Assembly: GCA_965219875.1 (NCBI GenBank)
Contig: CBDCOW010000001.1
Span: forward strand, 1,036,468-1,100,467
Source: Dehalococcoidia bacterium
Lineage (GTDB): Bacteria > Chloroflexota > Dehalococcoidia > SHYB01
Reading direction: 5' to 3'
DNA length: 64,000 bases
The translations under genes and the position numbers were made by a program. This document shows, in pieces, positions 18,472 to 28,751 of the stretch (its first letter is position 1; every line of letters starts with the position of its first letter). A model generated the notes under the pieces. The model saw only the letters and a program-made list of their open reading frames with translations, searched no databases and was not told the DNA's origin.

Positions 18472-19623
18472 ATGCCCGGTCAACGCGACGCAGACAGGCC
18501 CATTTTGCGCACGCCTCTCTGCGACCTGCTCGGCGTTGAATACCCCGTTTGTCTTGCCGGTATGGGGTCGCACGGCCGGGCCACGCCGCCCGCGCTGGTG
18601 GCGGCCGTCTCGAACGCCGGAGGCCTTGGGGTCGCGGGAGGCGCGAACCTTACCCCTGGCGAGATCCGAAGTCGCATCCGCGAGATCAAGACGCTCACGG
18701 ACAAGCCCTTCGCGGTCAACCTGCTTTTCCCCGCGAGTTTGAGCCAGGCGGAGAACTCCAGGTCGCAAATCCGCGACCTCTTGCAACGCGACTATCCCCA
18801 ACACGTCGCGTTCGTGAAAGACCTCTTGCGGAAGTTCAGCCTGGACGATGCGCCAGTCGAGCAGGAGAGCGTGCTCGCTACCGGCGATATCCAGGAGCAG
18901 TTCCGAGTCGTCCTGGAAGAAGGAGTTCCCATTCTCTCGGCTGGACTTGGAGACCCTTCGTGGGCGGTCCCGATGGCGAGGGAACAGGGGATGAAAGTCA
19001 TCGGGCTGGCGGGCTCGGTCCGAAACGCCATGCGTCAAGTGGAGGCGGGCGTCGACGCTGTCGTGGCGCAAGGGTACGAGGCGGGCGGCCATACGGGCCG
19101 GGTTGCGACGTTGCCCCTGGTCCCGCAGGTCGTGGACGCGGTGGCGCCGACGCCCGTTCTGGCGGCGGGAGGCATCGGCGATGGCCGGGGCCTTGCCGCC
19201 GCGCTGTCCCTCGGGGCCGTGGGGGCCTGGGTCGGCACCGCATTTCTTACTTCGGTCGAAAGCGGGGTCTGGGAGGTCCAGAAGCAGGAGATCCTGGGTG
19301 CACGGTCGGAGGACTTTCCGGTCACCCGGGCGTATACGGGGAAGACGGCCCGCGATTACAAGAACATCGTTATCGACGCCTGGGAGTCGTCCGGCCTGGA
19401 GCCGCTCCCTATGCCCCTGCAGCAGGTGCTGATGGAGGACTTCTCCTCCGCGGCCATGAACGCGGGGCGCTACGACCTGGTCAACAGCCCGGCGGGCCAG
19501 ATAGGCGGCATGGCCACCGAGCTGAAGCCGGCGGAGCGCATTCTTCGAGAAATGGTCGAAGGCGCGATTTCCGTCATCGCGGAGCAGCAGGGCTTCGTCG
19601 TTTCGCCGCCGGCCCTGGCCTGA
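18472..19623 (+). CDS. Nitronate monooxygenase / FabK-like flavoprotein
   Basis: AAVSNAGGLG, KPFAVNL, QGYEAGGHTG, AAGGIGDGRG, GTAFL. Confidence 0.9.
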   Translation: MPGQRDADRPILRTPLCDLLGVEYPVCLAGMGSHGRATPPALVAAVSNAGGLGVAGGANLTPGEIRSRIREIKTLTDKPFAVNLLFPASLSQAENSRSQIRDLLQRDYPQHVAFVKDLLRKFSLDDAPVEQESVLATGDIQEQFRVVLEEGVPILSAGLGDPSWAVPMAREQGMKVIGLAGSVRNAMRQVEAGVDAVVAQGYEAGGHTGRVATLPLVPQVVDAVAPTPVLAAGGIGDGRGLAAALSLGAVGAWVGTAFLTSVESGVWEVQKQEILGARSEDFPVTRAYTGKTARDYKNIVIDAWESSGLEPLPMPLQQVLMEDFSSAAMNAGRYDLVNSPAGQIGGMATELKPAERILREMVEGAISVIAEQQGFVVSPPALA

Positions 19624-19637
19624 GGCTCCGTTTTTGC

Positions 19638-19666
19638 TTGACAACGATTCCCTGTTCCGTTACACC
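19638..19666 (+). promoter_or_regulatory. Sigma70-type promoter candidate
   Basis: TTGACA-17 nt-TACACC upstream of the ATG at 19703. Confidence 0.5.
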
Positions 19667-19702
19667 TGTACGGTTAGACCTGTGCGACCGAGGTGAGGGG
19701 CG

Positions 19703-20833
19703 ATGGCGAAGGGCGGCTATAAGGTCATGGACTCGGACATGCACGTGTTCGAGCCTCCCGACCTGTGGCAACGCTACACCGCCCCCGAATTCCGAGACAT
19801 CGCTCCCCGCTGTATGTCGGACGAACCCCGCGACTTCGCGATGGAGTTCGTGGGCGAGGTTATTCCCGTTCCGTCCCTGCATGAGGACGCGGTCAGCATC
19901 GAAGCGCGCCGCCAGACCGAGGAAAACCAGGCCCGCCAATACGCCCACGCCATCGATCGGATGTGGGACGCGGAGTCCCAAATCCAGGCAATGGACTCGG
20001 AAGGGATCGACGTGGCGGCCATGTATCCAAGCAGGGGGCTCATGCCGCTCGCCATCGACGGCCTCGATCCCCCGCTGGGGGCCGCCGTTGCCGCGGCGTA
20101 CAACGACTGGCTCCACGAGTTCTGTCAACGGGACCCCGACCGGATGTTCGGCGTCGCCATGGTGTCCCTCCACGACGTGCCTTCAGCCGTCGAAGAGGCG
20201 CGGCGGGCGGTACGGGAGTATGGGTTCAGAGGCGTCTTCTTGCGGCCGAACTTCCTCAACAAACGGCCCTGGCACGACTCCTACTACGATCCGTTTTGGG
20301 CCGCGGTCGAGGAGCTTCAGATAGGGATCGGCTTCCACGAAGGGGGAGCAGTGCCCGCGATGCAAGTGGGCAAAGAACTCGAAAGCGAAGCGCTCCACCA
20401 TATCGTTTCCCACCCCCTGGAGATGATGCTGGCCGCGGTGAGCCTGATCGGCGGAGGGGTCTTCGAGCGATTTCCGGGCCTACGCGTCGCGTTCCTGGAG
20501 GCGAACTGTTCCTGGGTCCCGTGGATGCTCTGGAGAATGAACGACGTGCTGGAGCCTACGACGTGGGCGGGCCTGCAACACCTCGACTTGAAGCTCAAGC
20601 CCAGCGAATACTTCGAGCGCCATTGCTACGTGTCAATCGAGCCTGATGAAGAGCCGGCGAAGAACGTCTTGGACCTGATCGGGCAGAAGAACGTCGTCTT
20701 CTCCACCGACTATCCCCATCTCGACTCGAAATTCCCCAAGGCCATCGACTATTTTCTCGAACAACCTATAACGCAGGACGAAAAGCGGCGGTTCCTGTGG
20801 GACAACTGCGCCCGCTTTTATGGTTTTGCCTGA
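19703..20833 (+). CDS. Amidohydrolase (Amidohydro_2)
   Basis: DSDMHVFEPPDLW, AYNDWL, FHEG, FSTDYPH. Confidence 0.92.
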   Translation: MAKGGYKVMDSDMHVFEPPDLWQRYTAPEFRDIAPRCMSDEPRDFAMEFVGEVIPVPSLHEDAVSIEARRQTEENQARQYAHAIDRMWDAESQIQAMDSEGIDVAAMYPSRGLMPLAIDGLDPPLGAAVAAAYNDWLHEFCQRDPDRMFGVAMVSLHDVPSAVEEARRAVREYGFRGVFLRPNFLNKRPWHDSYYDPFWAAVEELQIGIGFHEGGAVPAMQVGKELESEALHHIVSHPLEMMLAAVSLIGGGVFERFPGLRVAFLEANCSWVPWMLWRMNDVLEPTTWAGLQHLDLKLKPSEYFERHCYVSIEPDEEPAKNVLDLIGQKNVVFSTDYPHLDSKFPKAIDYFLEQPITQDEKRRFLWDNCARFYGFA

Positions 20834-20916
20834 GCAGTCCTCCGGCTGCCGCTTGGATACGGCCCGCAAGTCTTCCCGGGCGGGGCTACCGCATCCGAAT
20901 CTCGCGATTGGAGAGT

Positions 20917-22059
20917 ATGGCGATAGGTAACGGCGCTTCGGTTATGGGACGGGTGGCGGTCCTGAAGGACGCGGGGCAGGGCTTCGAGCTTCAACAGTAC
21001 GAGGTGCCCGAACCCGAACCCGGCGCAATGGTGATCAAGGTCTCGATGGCCGGCGTGTGCGGCTCCGACCTGCACGCGTGGCGCGGCGACATCGAGGACA
21101 GTGCTCCCTGGGGCGCCGTGCAGAGCGTTGGCGTGACGCAGGGCCACGAGATGGTCGGCTCCGTCTACAGCCTAGGGAAGGGCGTCACGTCCGACGCCTT
21201 GGGCCGACCGCTGCAAGAGGGCGACCGAATCTGCCACATGCTGAGTCTGGGCTGCTTCCATTGCCACGCGTGCGCCCGCGGCCTCTACAACCTCTGCCAA
21301 AACCTTCGGGGTCTGTTCCGGCCCGCCGGCGAATGGCCTTATTTCACGGGGACGTTCTCCGACTACTACTATCTGCCTCCCGTCCATTTCGTTTACCGCG
21401 TCCCCGATGAGCTTCCCGATAATCTCGTCGCTTCCGTCAACTGCGCCATGTCGGCGGTTATGCAAGGGCTGACTACCGTCGGCGTGCTGGAAGAAGAGGC
21501 TGTGGTCATTCAGGGCGCGGGCGGGCTGGGGCTCTCGGCGACGGCCATCGCCAAAGACATGGGCGCACATCCCATCATCGTGCTGGACCGCCTCGAACCC
21601 AGGCTGCAGTTGGCGGCGGAGTTCGGCGCCGACTACACCATCAACGTGCAAGACCTGGCTACGCCGGAGGAGCGCATCGAGCGAGTCCGCGAGCTCACCG
21701 AAGGCGTGGGCGCCAACGTCGTGGTCGAGCTCGTGGGCTTGGCGGAGCTACTGCCCGAGGGCGTGGCTATGCTCCGCGCCGGCGGGACGTTCCTCGAGAT
21801 CGGCAACATGGTCTGGGGCAAGACCGTGCCTTTCGACCCCTCGACGATGCTCTCCGGAAAACGGATCATCGGGTCCGCCGGCTCTCAGCCGTGGGTGATC
21901 CCCAAAGTGCTCCGGTTCTTGGGCAAGAACCGCGACCGCTTCCCTTTCGAGAAGCTCGCGTCCCATACGTTCCCGCTGGAGAAGATCAACGACGCATTTC
22001 AAGAGGCTGAGTGGGCCGGCCGGCACACCAACGTGGTGCGAGCGTACCTGACGCCATGA
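20917..22059 (+). CDS. Zinc-binding alcohol dehydrogenase (MDR)
   Basis: GVCGSDLH, GHE, CFHCHAC..C, QGAGGLG; start could be 20944. Confidence 0.9.
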   Translation: MAIGNGASVMGRVAVLKDAGQGFELQQYEVPEPEPGAMVIKVSMAGVCGSDLHAWRGDIEDSAPWGAVQSVGVTQGHEMVGSVYSLGKGVTSDALGRPLQEGDRICHMLSLGCFHCHACARGLYNLCQNLRGLFRPAGEWPYFTGTFSDYYYLPPVHFVYRVPDELPDNLVASVNCAMSAVMQGLTTVGVLEEEAVVIQGAGGLGLSATAIAKDMGAHPIIVLDRLEPRLQLAAEFGADYTINVQDLATPEERIERVRELTEGVGANVVVELVGLAELLPEGVAMLRAGGTFLEIGNMVWGKTVPFDPSTMLSGKRIIGSAGSQPWVIPKVLRFLGKNRDRFPFEKLASHTFPLEKINDAFQEAEWAGRHTNVVRAYLTP

Positions 22060-22069
22060 GGTCACCGGC

Positions 22070-23170
22070 ATGAAGTTCGGCCTGTTCATGATGCCGCTGC
22101 ATCATCCCACGGAGAATCCGACGCTCGCGTTCCAACGCGATCTCCAACTGATCGAGTACGTCGAGGATCTCGGGTTCGACGAGATTTGGGTCGGCGAGCA
22201 TCACACAGGCGGATGGGAGACCATCCCCTCACCAGACATCTTCATCAGCGCCGCGGCGCAGAGGACGAAACGGATCCGCATCGGCACGGGAGTCGTCAGC
22301 CTGCCGTTCCAGCATCCGTTCGTCGTGGCGGAGCGGATGGCCTTCCTCGACCATCTCACCTACGGCCGCACTATGTTGGGAGTCGGCCCCGGCGTCCTGC
22401 CGTCGGACGCAAAGCTGTTCGGCCTTGAAGCTGCGCAGCTTCGCCCCATGCTGAACGAAGCGCTGGAAATCATTCTCAAGCTCTATCAGGAACCGGGCCC
22501 CGTCACGTACGAGGGCGAATTTTGGACCCTCAGGGAGATGGCCCTCCAGCTACGGCCGTATCAGAAGCCGCACTTGCCCTTGGCCGTGGCGAGCGCGGGC
22601 GGCTCGAACAGCTTGGAGTTAGCCGGCAAGTACGGACTGTTGATCCTGTCGGCGCTGTTCTCGGTGGGCCAAAGCCCCCAAGGGCTGGCGCAGGCGTGGG
22701 AGAAAGTCGAAGAGTCGGCAGAGGCCAATGGCCGGACGGCCAGGCGCGAGGACTGGCGGGTCGCCAGCTACGTGTACGTGGGCGACACGACCCAGGGCGC
22801 GCTCGACGACGTCCGGCGCGGGTCCAGCCGCGAGGACGAGGAGTACCTTGCCCATACGGGGTACCCTTGGCCTGGACGGATATGGATGGTGGGGGACCCC
22901 GACCACGTGGCGAGACAGATCAAGAGCCTCGAAGAGGAGACTGGCGGCTTCGGCGGCCTTTTGCTAGTCTCGCCTGAGTGGACGTCGACCGAGAAGTGGA
23001 ACCACAGCCTCGACCTCTTCGCCCGATACGTGATGCCGCAGTTCCAGGGCAGCTTGGTGCCGGTAAGGGGCGCCTACGAACGCATGATGCACGACAATAA
23101 GGCCGGGCTGCTCGGCAACCCGGCAAGCCAACCGGTTTCTAATCCGTCACAGAAGACGTTTGTCGATTGA
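22070..23170 (+). CDS. LLM-class flavin-dependent monooxygenase
   Basis: MKFGLFMMPLH, WVGEHH, IRIGTGVVSLP, LDHLTYGR, LFARYVMPQFQG. Confidence 0.9.
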   Translation: MKFGLFMMPLHHPTENPTLAFQRDLQLIEYVEDLGFDEIWVGEHHTGGWETIPSPDIFISAAAQRTKRIRIGTGVVSLPFQHPFVVAERMAFLDHLTYGRTMLGVGPGVLPSDAKLFGLEAAQLRPMLNEALEIILKLYQEPGPVTYEGEFWTLREMALQLRPYQKPHLPLAVASAGGSNSLELAGKYGLLILSALFSVGQSPQGLAQAWEKVEESAEANGRTARREDWRVASYVYVGDTTQGALDDVRRGSSREDEEYLAHTGYPWPGRIWMVGDPDHVARQIKSLEEETGGFGGLLLVSPEWTSTEKWNHSLDLFARYVMPQFQGSLVPVRGAYERMMHDNKAGLLGNPASQPVSNPSQKTFVD

Positions 23171-23227
23171 TCGAAGTAGCCCGATGGACCGTTGAGACGC
23201 AACGGTAAGAAAAGGAGTGGGCCTATC

Positions 23228-24967
23228 ATGAGGATACCGAAACGGATAGTAGCCTTAGTGTCGCTGCTCGCCGCGGTGGCGCTACTGGTGGGGGCCTGCG
23301 GGGAGGGCGATCCCACATCCGCCCCCGCGCCGACGAACACGCCGGTGCCGCCGGCGCCGACATCCCCGCCGCAACCGGAGCCAACGGAGGCCATGCCCGA
23401 ACCCACAGCGACGGCCGCGCCGCTACCCACGGCCACGCCGATACCCACGGCGACCCCCGTGCCGCAGCCGACGGCTGACGCGAGACGAGGCGGCGAGTTC
23501 ATCGGCGTGCAGTTCGCCAGCCCAGCGGACTTCGATCCCATCGCGGCCCGCTCCGTGGAGTTCTTCCACGGCATCGGCCAGGCATATAACCAACTCGTCC
23601 AGTACAACTTCGAGGAGCCGGTCGACGCGATCATCCCCGACCTTGCCGAGAGTTGGGAGGTCGAGGGCGGATCGGTCTACACGTTCACGCTTCGCCCAGG
23701 GCTGGCCTGGCATGACGGCACTCCACTCGTGGCCGAGGATGTCGCGTGGGCGGTGGAGAAGCTGAAAGAGGTGCCGGGTCAGCGCCGCGGCGAATTCGAA
23801 TCGCTTGAAAGCGTCGAGGCCGTGGACGAGCAGACCGTACGCATGACGCTGGTCAAGCCGCGCACCTCTTGGCTGGCGGTGCTGGGCCTGTACACGGGCC
23901 CGATCGCGCCGAAGCACATCTACGACCAGCTCGACGGCGACCTCACCGTCGGCCCGATCATCGGGACCGGCCCCTTCATCTTCCGGGACTTCGAACAGGA
24001 CCAATTCATTGAGATGGTCCGCAACGACAGGTACTACGACCCCTCGCTCCCGTACCTGGATAGCCTTCGAGTTCTGATCATCGCCGACGAGGCCACGCGC
24101 CTGGCCGCCTTCCGCGCCGGCAGAGTTCACACGCTCTGGATCGGCGCGACGTGGGTAGACAAGCCGCAGGTGGAAGACCTGCAGCGCAGCGTGCCCGACC
24201 TCTCACCCAACGAGCACGAGGCGATGCAGGCCAAGATCATCCTGGTCAACAGCAACACACCGCCCTTCGATGACGTACGAGTGCGGCGGGCGATGTTCCT
24301 CGCCGTGGACCGCTGGGCCGCGCTGCAAGTCCTGCCCGACACCGTGAGACCCGCCGGCCCCGTGGTGCCGCCGAACTGGGCGATACCGGACGACGAGCTG
24401 TTCCAGCTTCCGGGCTACCGTCAGGGGGCCGACAAGGAACAGGACCGTGAGGAAGCCAGACGATTGCTTGCGGAGGCGGGCTATCCGGACGGCTTCGACA
24501 CGCAGCTCTTCACCATCGCTGACCTCCAGCGGCACGTGAACCTCTCGGTGTTTATTGTCGACCAGCTCAAGACCGTCGGCATCAACGTCGAGAACAAGCT
24601 GTTGCCGGTTGGGGAGTGGTTCGAGCCCTTCGCGGTGACCTTCGACTTCCCGCTCATCACGGTCGAGGCCAACGTCCAATACCCGGACCCCGACTCGGCG
24701 GCGGGCAACATCATGCCGGGCATCTGGACCCACCTGGAAGACCAGCAGATGTTCGACCTGTTCAACGAACAGAGCAACGAGACCGATCCCGAGCGCCGGC
24801 GCGAGATCGTCAAGGACCTGCAGCTTCGGATGATCGAGGTCGTAAACATGGTCCCGATTGCATGGTTCAACGACTTCTATCCGACCCAGCCCGAGGTCGA
24901 GGGGTTCGTGGCGCCGCTCGGGGTCTGGAGCCGCCATCGGCTGGACCGCGTCTGGTTGGAGGGATAG
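23228..24967 (+). CDS. ABC transporter substrate-binding lipoprotein (family 5) with Pro/Thr linker
   Basis: Lipobox LVGAC, PT-rich linker, PDLAESW, WHDG, GTGPF, PFDDVRVRRA, LLAEAGYPDG. Confidence 0.92.
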   Translation: MRIPKRIVALVSLLAAVALLVGACGEGDPTSAPAPTNTPVPPAPTSPPQPEPTEAMPEPTATAAPLPTATPIPTATPVPQPTADARRGGEFIGVQFASPADFDPIAARSVEFFHGIGQAYNQLVQYNFEEPVDAIIPDLAESWEVEGGSVYTFTLRPGLAWHDGTPLVAEDVAWAVEKLKEVPGQRRGEFESLESVEAVDEQTVRMTLVKPRTSWLAVLGLYTGPIAPKHIYDQLDGDLTVGPIIGTGPFIFRDFEQDQFIEMVRNDRYYDPSLPYLDSLRVLIIADEATRLAAFRAGRVHTLWIGATWVDKPQVEDLQRSVPDLSPNEHEAMQAKIILVNSNTPPFDDVRVRRAMFLAVDRWAALQVLPDTVRPAGPVVPPNWAIPDDELFQLPGYRQGADKEQDREEARRLLAEAGYPDGFDTQLFTIADLQRHVNLSVFIVDQLKTVGINVENKLLPVGEWFEPFAVTFDFPLITVEANVQYPDPDSAAGNIMPGIWTHLEDQQMFDLFNEQSNETDPERRREIVKDLQLRMIEVVNMVPIAWFNDFYPTQPEVEGFVAPLGVWSRHRLDRVWLEG

Positions 24968-25077
24968 CGTTTCCTAAAGAGTGAGGAATCTGGACTCCGC
25001 GGGGCGGCTCGCGCTTGGGCCGCCCCGTGGAGTACCATTCCTCCCGAACTTCTGTCGACCATGGGGGAAAGCAATCG

Positions 25078-26211
25078 ATGACCACGGAGAGGGACGAAAT
25101 TCTGGCGCTTTATGAAGGGCAGGCCCGCGACGAAGTCGAGGACTTGCTCTCCAAAGTGGGCGTCATCCAGCAATCCACCTACACCTACAATCAGTACGCA
25201 ACGACGGATTCGATACGGCACTACGCCGAGGGCATCGGCGACGATAACCCCCTATGGATCGATGAAGACTACGCGGCGAAGACGCAGGGGGGATCGGTCG
25301 TCGCTCCCCCCAGCTTCATCTGGAGCTGCAACCCGGACGGCGGGTACTACCTCGACCACTTCACCGGTCTGATGATCGGATCGGTCTACAAGTTCTACAA
25401 GCCCATAAAGGCCGGGGACCGAGTCAACGTGACCTGGACGATCCCCGAAGTGAAGGTGCAACACACTCGTCACGCCAAGCCGGCTCTCCGAGAGCCTCAT
25501 CAGTACTTCTATCGGGACAATGACGGCGACCTCTTCTCCGAACTGATCCAGATCGAGTACCGGTTCCTCCGCAAAGACATCAACCACGAGCAGTACCTCG
25601 CCGAGGAGGTCACGCGGCCTACCTATACCGACGAGGAGCTTCAGGCGATTGACGACGCCTACGCCGCCGAACAGCGGCGTGGAGCCGAGCCCCGCTACTG
25701 GGAAGACGTCAACGTCGGCGACGAACTGCCCACGATCGTCAAAGGCCCATGGAGCATCCGCGACGCGGTCTCCTACTACATGGGCATCGGCTCCGAGCCG
25801 CACGGCGCCTTCCGCAACTTCTGGAAATACAAGGCAAACGCGCGCCCGTACTACATCTTAGTCGATCCCGTATCGGGCCTGCCGGAAGTCATGCGGATGC
25901 ATCACGTCGGGACGGCCCATGCGCGCGCCAGGGGATTCCCCTTCGCGTTCGAAGTCGGCCCGAGCCGCGTCGCCAGCCAGATGCACTGCCTCACGAACTG
26001 GATGGGCGACGACGGGTTCCTGGTCGACATCGAGTCGCGTCTGCGGCGGCCCGTGTGTGAAGGAGACACTTACTGGCTGAGCGGTGCGGTCACGAAAAAG
26101 CTCGAAGATGAGCGCGGCCACCTGGTCAAAGTAGAGATCACCGCGGTAAACCAACGCGGCGAGGAGACCGCGCCCGCCTGGGCCACCATAGCGCTGCCGA
26201 GCCGCGGTTGA
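25078..26211 (+). CDS. Double hot-dog MaoC/FAS1-like dehydratase
   Basis: IRHYAEGIGDDNPLW..VAPP; PRYWEDVNVGDELP; LTNWMGDDG. Confidence 0.82.
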   Translation: MTTERDEILALYEGQARDEVEDLLSKVGVIQQSTYTYNQYATTDSIRHYAEGIGDDNPLWIDEDYAAKTQGGSVVAPPSFIWSCNPDGGYYLDHFTGLMIGSVYKFYKPIKAGDRVNVTWTIPEVKVQHTRHAKPALREPHQYFYRDNDGDLFSELIQIEYRFLRKDINHEQYLAEEVTRPTYTDEELQAIDDAYAAEQRRGAEPRYWEDVNVGDELPTIVKGPWSIRDAVSYYMGIGSEPHGAFRNFWKYKANARPYYILVDPVSGLPEVMRMHHVGTAHARARGFPFAFEVGPSRVASQMHCLTNWMGDDGFLVDIESRLRRPVCEGDTYWLSGAVTKKLEDERGHLVKVEITAVNQRGEETAPAWATIALPSRG

Positions 26212-26245
26212 AGACACCCGACGGCTCGATCGCCGTGGAGGCCCT

Positions 26246-28735
26246 ATGCCATCGGACCTGGGGACGCAAGCGGTCTCGGCTTCCGGTTTGGGGGATGCCC
26301 CCGACCTAGCCCTTGTCGGCACGACAGTCTTGGAGTTAGGCGAGGACAACGTCGCTTCCTCCTTCGGCGCGCGGCTCCTCGGGGGGTACGGGGCTCGCGT
26401 CATCAAGGTCGAGCCTCCCGGCGGCGACCCCTTGCGTCATGCGCCGCCGTTGGTCTCGTTGGGCGACGGACGTTGGAGCGCGCTCTTCGCCCATCTCTCC
26501 GAGGCGAAAGAGAGCGTCGTCTTAGACCTTGCGGTGTCCCCGGAGCGTGTGCGATTCGGCGAGCTTCTCCAGACCGCCGACATTGTCATCGACGGCCTGG
26601 GCCGGGAGGCCAGAGCGCGGGCCGGGATCGATTGGGCGGACGCGGGACGCAACAACCCCGGCGCCGTCGTCGCCGTGATCGAGCCCTACGGCAGCATAGG
26701 GCCCAACCGGGACCGCGCGGCGACGGAGCTCACGATCTTGGCGGAGAGCGGCTACCTCGACTTGTGCGGCGACCCTGAACGGCTGCCCGTCAAGCCCTAT
26801 GGCTACCAGGCCCACCGCCTGGCCGGGCTGCATGCTGCGCTGGCGTCGTTGAGCGCGCGGCGCATGGCGCGACGCACCGGCCGGGGCCGGATGATCGACA
26901 TTTCCATTCAGGAGAGCCTGCTCTTCTGCCTCGGCGGCGCCGCGGCGTGGTTCCAGCACACCGGCGAGCCGTACCGCCGCGCGAAGTCGCGCGTGGCCCA
27001 CTCCCTGGCCAGGGCCCGCTATCCGGGCAACATCTTGCGCTGCGGCGACGGACTCCTGTTCATGAACACCGGGCACAACCAGGAGTCGGTCGCGGTGTTG
27101 CTCGGCGAGCCGTCGGTGGGCTCGCAGGAGCTGTGGGACACCGCCGCCGCCAGGGGCGATGAGTTGGACGCCTTGTGCGAGCGCTGGACGATGACCTGCA
27201 CCCGGGCCGAGGCGTCGGACTTGGGACAAGAGCTCCGGGTTGGCATCGCGCCCGTACTCTCGCCGCAGGAGGTCCTGGACAACGAACACTTGGCTGAGCG
27301 GCGGTTCTTCGTGGCGGCGCCCGATGACGGCGAGGGAAACCCCGTCCCCGGCGCGCCGGTCCGCATGTCGCAGAGCGCCTGGGTGACGAAACGTCCGCCG
27401 GGGTTGGGGGAGCAGACCGCGGCGATCCTGGGAAGCCTCAAGACGGGCGGTGCAGCCGTCGAGCATCCCGCAGGGGAGCCCACCGCCCCGGACGGAAGGT
27501 TGCCGCTCGAAGGGGTGCGGGTCCTCGACGTCACCGAGTATGTTGCCGGCCCGATCGCGACGCAGGCCCTGATCTCTCTTGGCGCGGAGGTCATCAAGAT
27601 TGAGCGCCCCTACCTCTCGGACCACCGTCAGCAGCTGTACGGACCCATACCCGACGGCCTGCCCGGCGCGCCGGACGAACCATGGAACCGCGTGCTTTGG
27701 TTCAACGAGCTCAACCGGGGCAAGACCGGCATCGCGCTGGACCTCAGCCAGCCCGACGGCGCGGACATCTTTCGACGGTTGGCCGCCATATCGGACGTCG
27801 TCATCGACAACTTCAGCGCCCGCGTGATGCCAAACTTGGGCCTCGACTACGAACGCCTCCGCTCGGTCAACCCTTCGATCATAAGCTTGAGTATCTCGGG
27901 CTACGGCGCCACGGGCCCGTGGGCGAACTGGATCGCCAGCGGCCCGTCCATCGACTCCGCGTCCGGCATGGCGTGGCTTACCGGATATCCGGACGGAAGT
28001 CCCATGCGGCCGGGCAACTTCAACCCGGATATCATCGCGGGGCTCATGGCCCCCTACGCGATCGTGGTCGCTATGGAGCACCGCGACCGTACCGGCGTGG
28101 GACAAAAGATCGACCTGTCTATGGTGGAGAGCGTGGCGCACTTCCTGGGTGAGGCCTTGATCGCAACGGCCGCCGGAGGAGCGGTGGATGAGCGCCAGGG
28201 CAACCGCGAACCGGAGGGGGCTCCCTCCGGCGTCTACCGCACGGGCGACGGCCGCGCCGTGGCGCTGTCCGTGACGTCGGACGCCGCTTGGCGCGCTCTG
28301 GCCGGCGCCCTGGGTGAGGGCGCGCTCCGGCCCCTCGTCGAGGCAACCGCGGAGGAGCGCCGGGCGCGTCACGCGGAGCTGGACCGGGCCGTCGAGACTT
28401 GGACGAGGTCGCAAACACTGCCGGACATCGTCGCTACGCTCGATGCGTGCAACGTGGCGTATGGCGTTGTGAACACGTCGTCCGATCTCCACGCCGACGT
28501 GCACCTGACCGCGCGCGGCGCATTCTTGAAGGTGCCCGAGCTGCAGATCGCCGAGACGCTCTATCCCCGTTTCGCGTGGCTGATCGAGGAGGTCGAGGAT
28601 CCGGCCTGGGCGCCCGCGCACCTCTACGGACAGCACAGCGTCGAAGTGTTCAGAGACATGATCGGCCTCAGCGAGCAAGACATACAGAGCCTCTATGACA
28701 ACGGGGTGAGCACGGACGCCCCCACGCTGTTCTAG
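26246..28735 (+). CDS. Two-domain class III CoA-transferase
   Basis: Two CaiB repeats (VIKVEPPGGD; LEGVRVLD...LNRGKTGIALDL); Asp motif only in domain 2 (NPDIIAG). Confidence 0.9.
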   Translation: MPSDLGTQAVSASGLGDAPDLALVGTTVLELGEDNVASSFGARLLGGYGARVIKVEPPGGDPLRHAPPLVSLGDGRWSALFAHLSEAKESVVLDLAVSPERVRFGELLQTADIVIDGLGREARARAGIDWADAGRNNPGAVVAVIEPYGSIGPNRDRAATELTILAESGYLDLCGDPERLPVKPYGYQAHRLAGLHAALASLSARRMARRTGRGRMIDISIQESLLFCLGGAAAWFQHTGEPYRRAKSRVAHSLARARYPGNILRCGDGLLFMNTGHNQESVAVLLGEPSVGSQELWDTAAARGDELDALCERWTMTCTRAEASDLGQELRVGIAPVLSPQEVLDNEHLAERRFFVAAPDDGEGNPVPGAPVRMSQSAWVTKRPPGLGEQTAAILGSLKTGGAAVEHPAGEPTAPDGRLPLEGVRVLDVTEYVAGPIATQALISLGAEVIKIERPYLSDHRQQLYGPIPDGLPGAPDEPWNRVLWFNELNRGKTGIALDLSQPDGADIFRRLAAISDVVIDNFSARVMPNLGLDYERLRSVNPSIISLSISGYGATGPWANWIASGPSIDSASGMAWLTGYPDGSPMRPGNFNPDIIAGLMAPYAIVVAMEHRDRTGVGQKIDLSMVESVAHFLGEALIATAAGGAVDERQGNREPEGAPSGVYRTGDGRAVALSVTSDAAWRALAGALGEGALRPLVEATAEERRARHAELDRAVETWTRSQTLPDIVATLDACNVAYGVVNTSSDLHADVHLTARGAFLKVPELQIAETLYPRFAWLIEEVEDPAWAPAHLYGQHSVEVFRDMIGLSEQDIQSLYDNGVSTDAPTLF

Positions 28736-28751
28736 GCGCCCGGATTGAGCG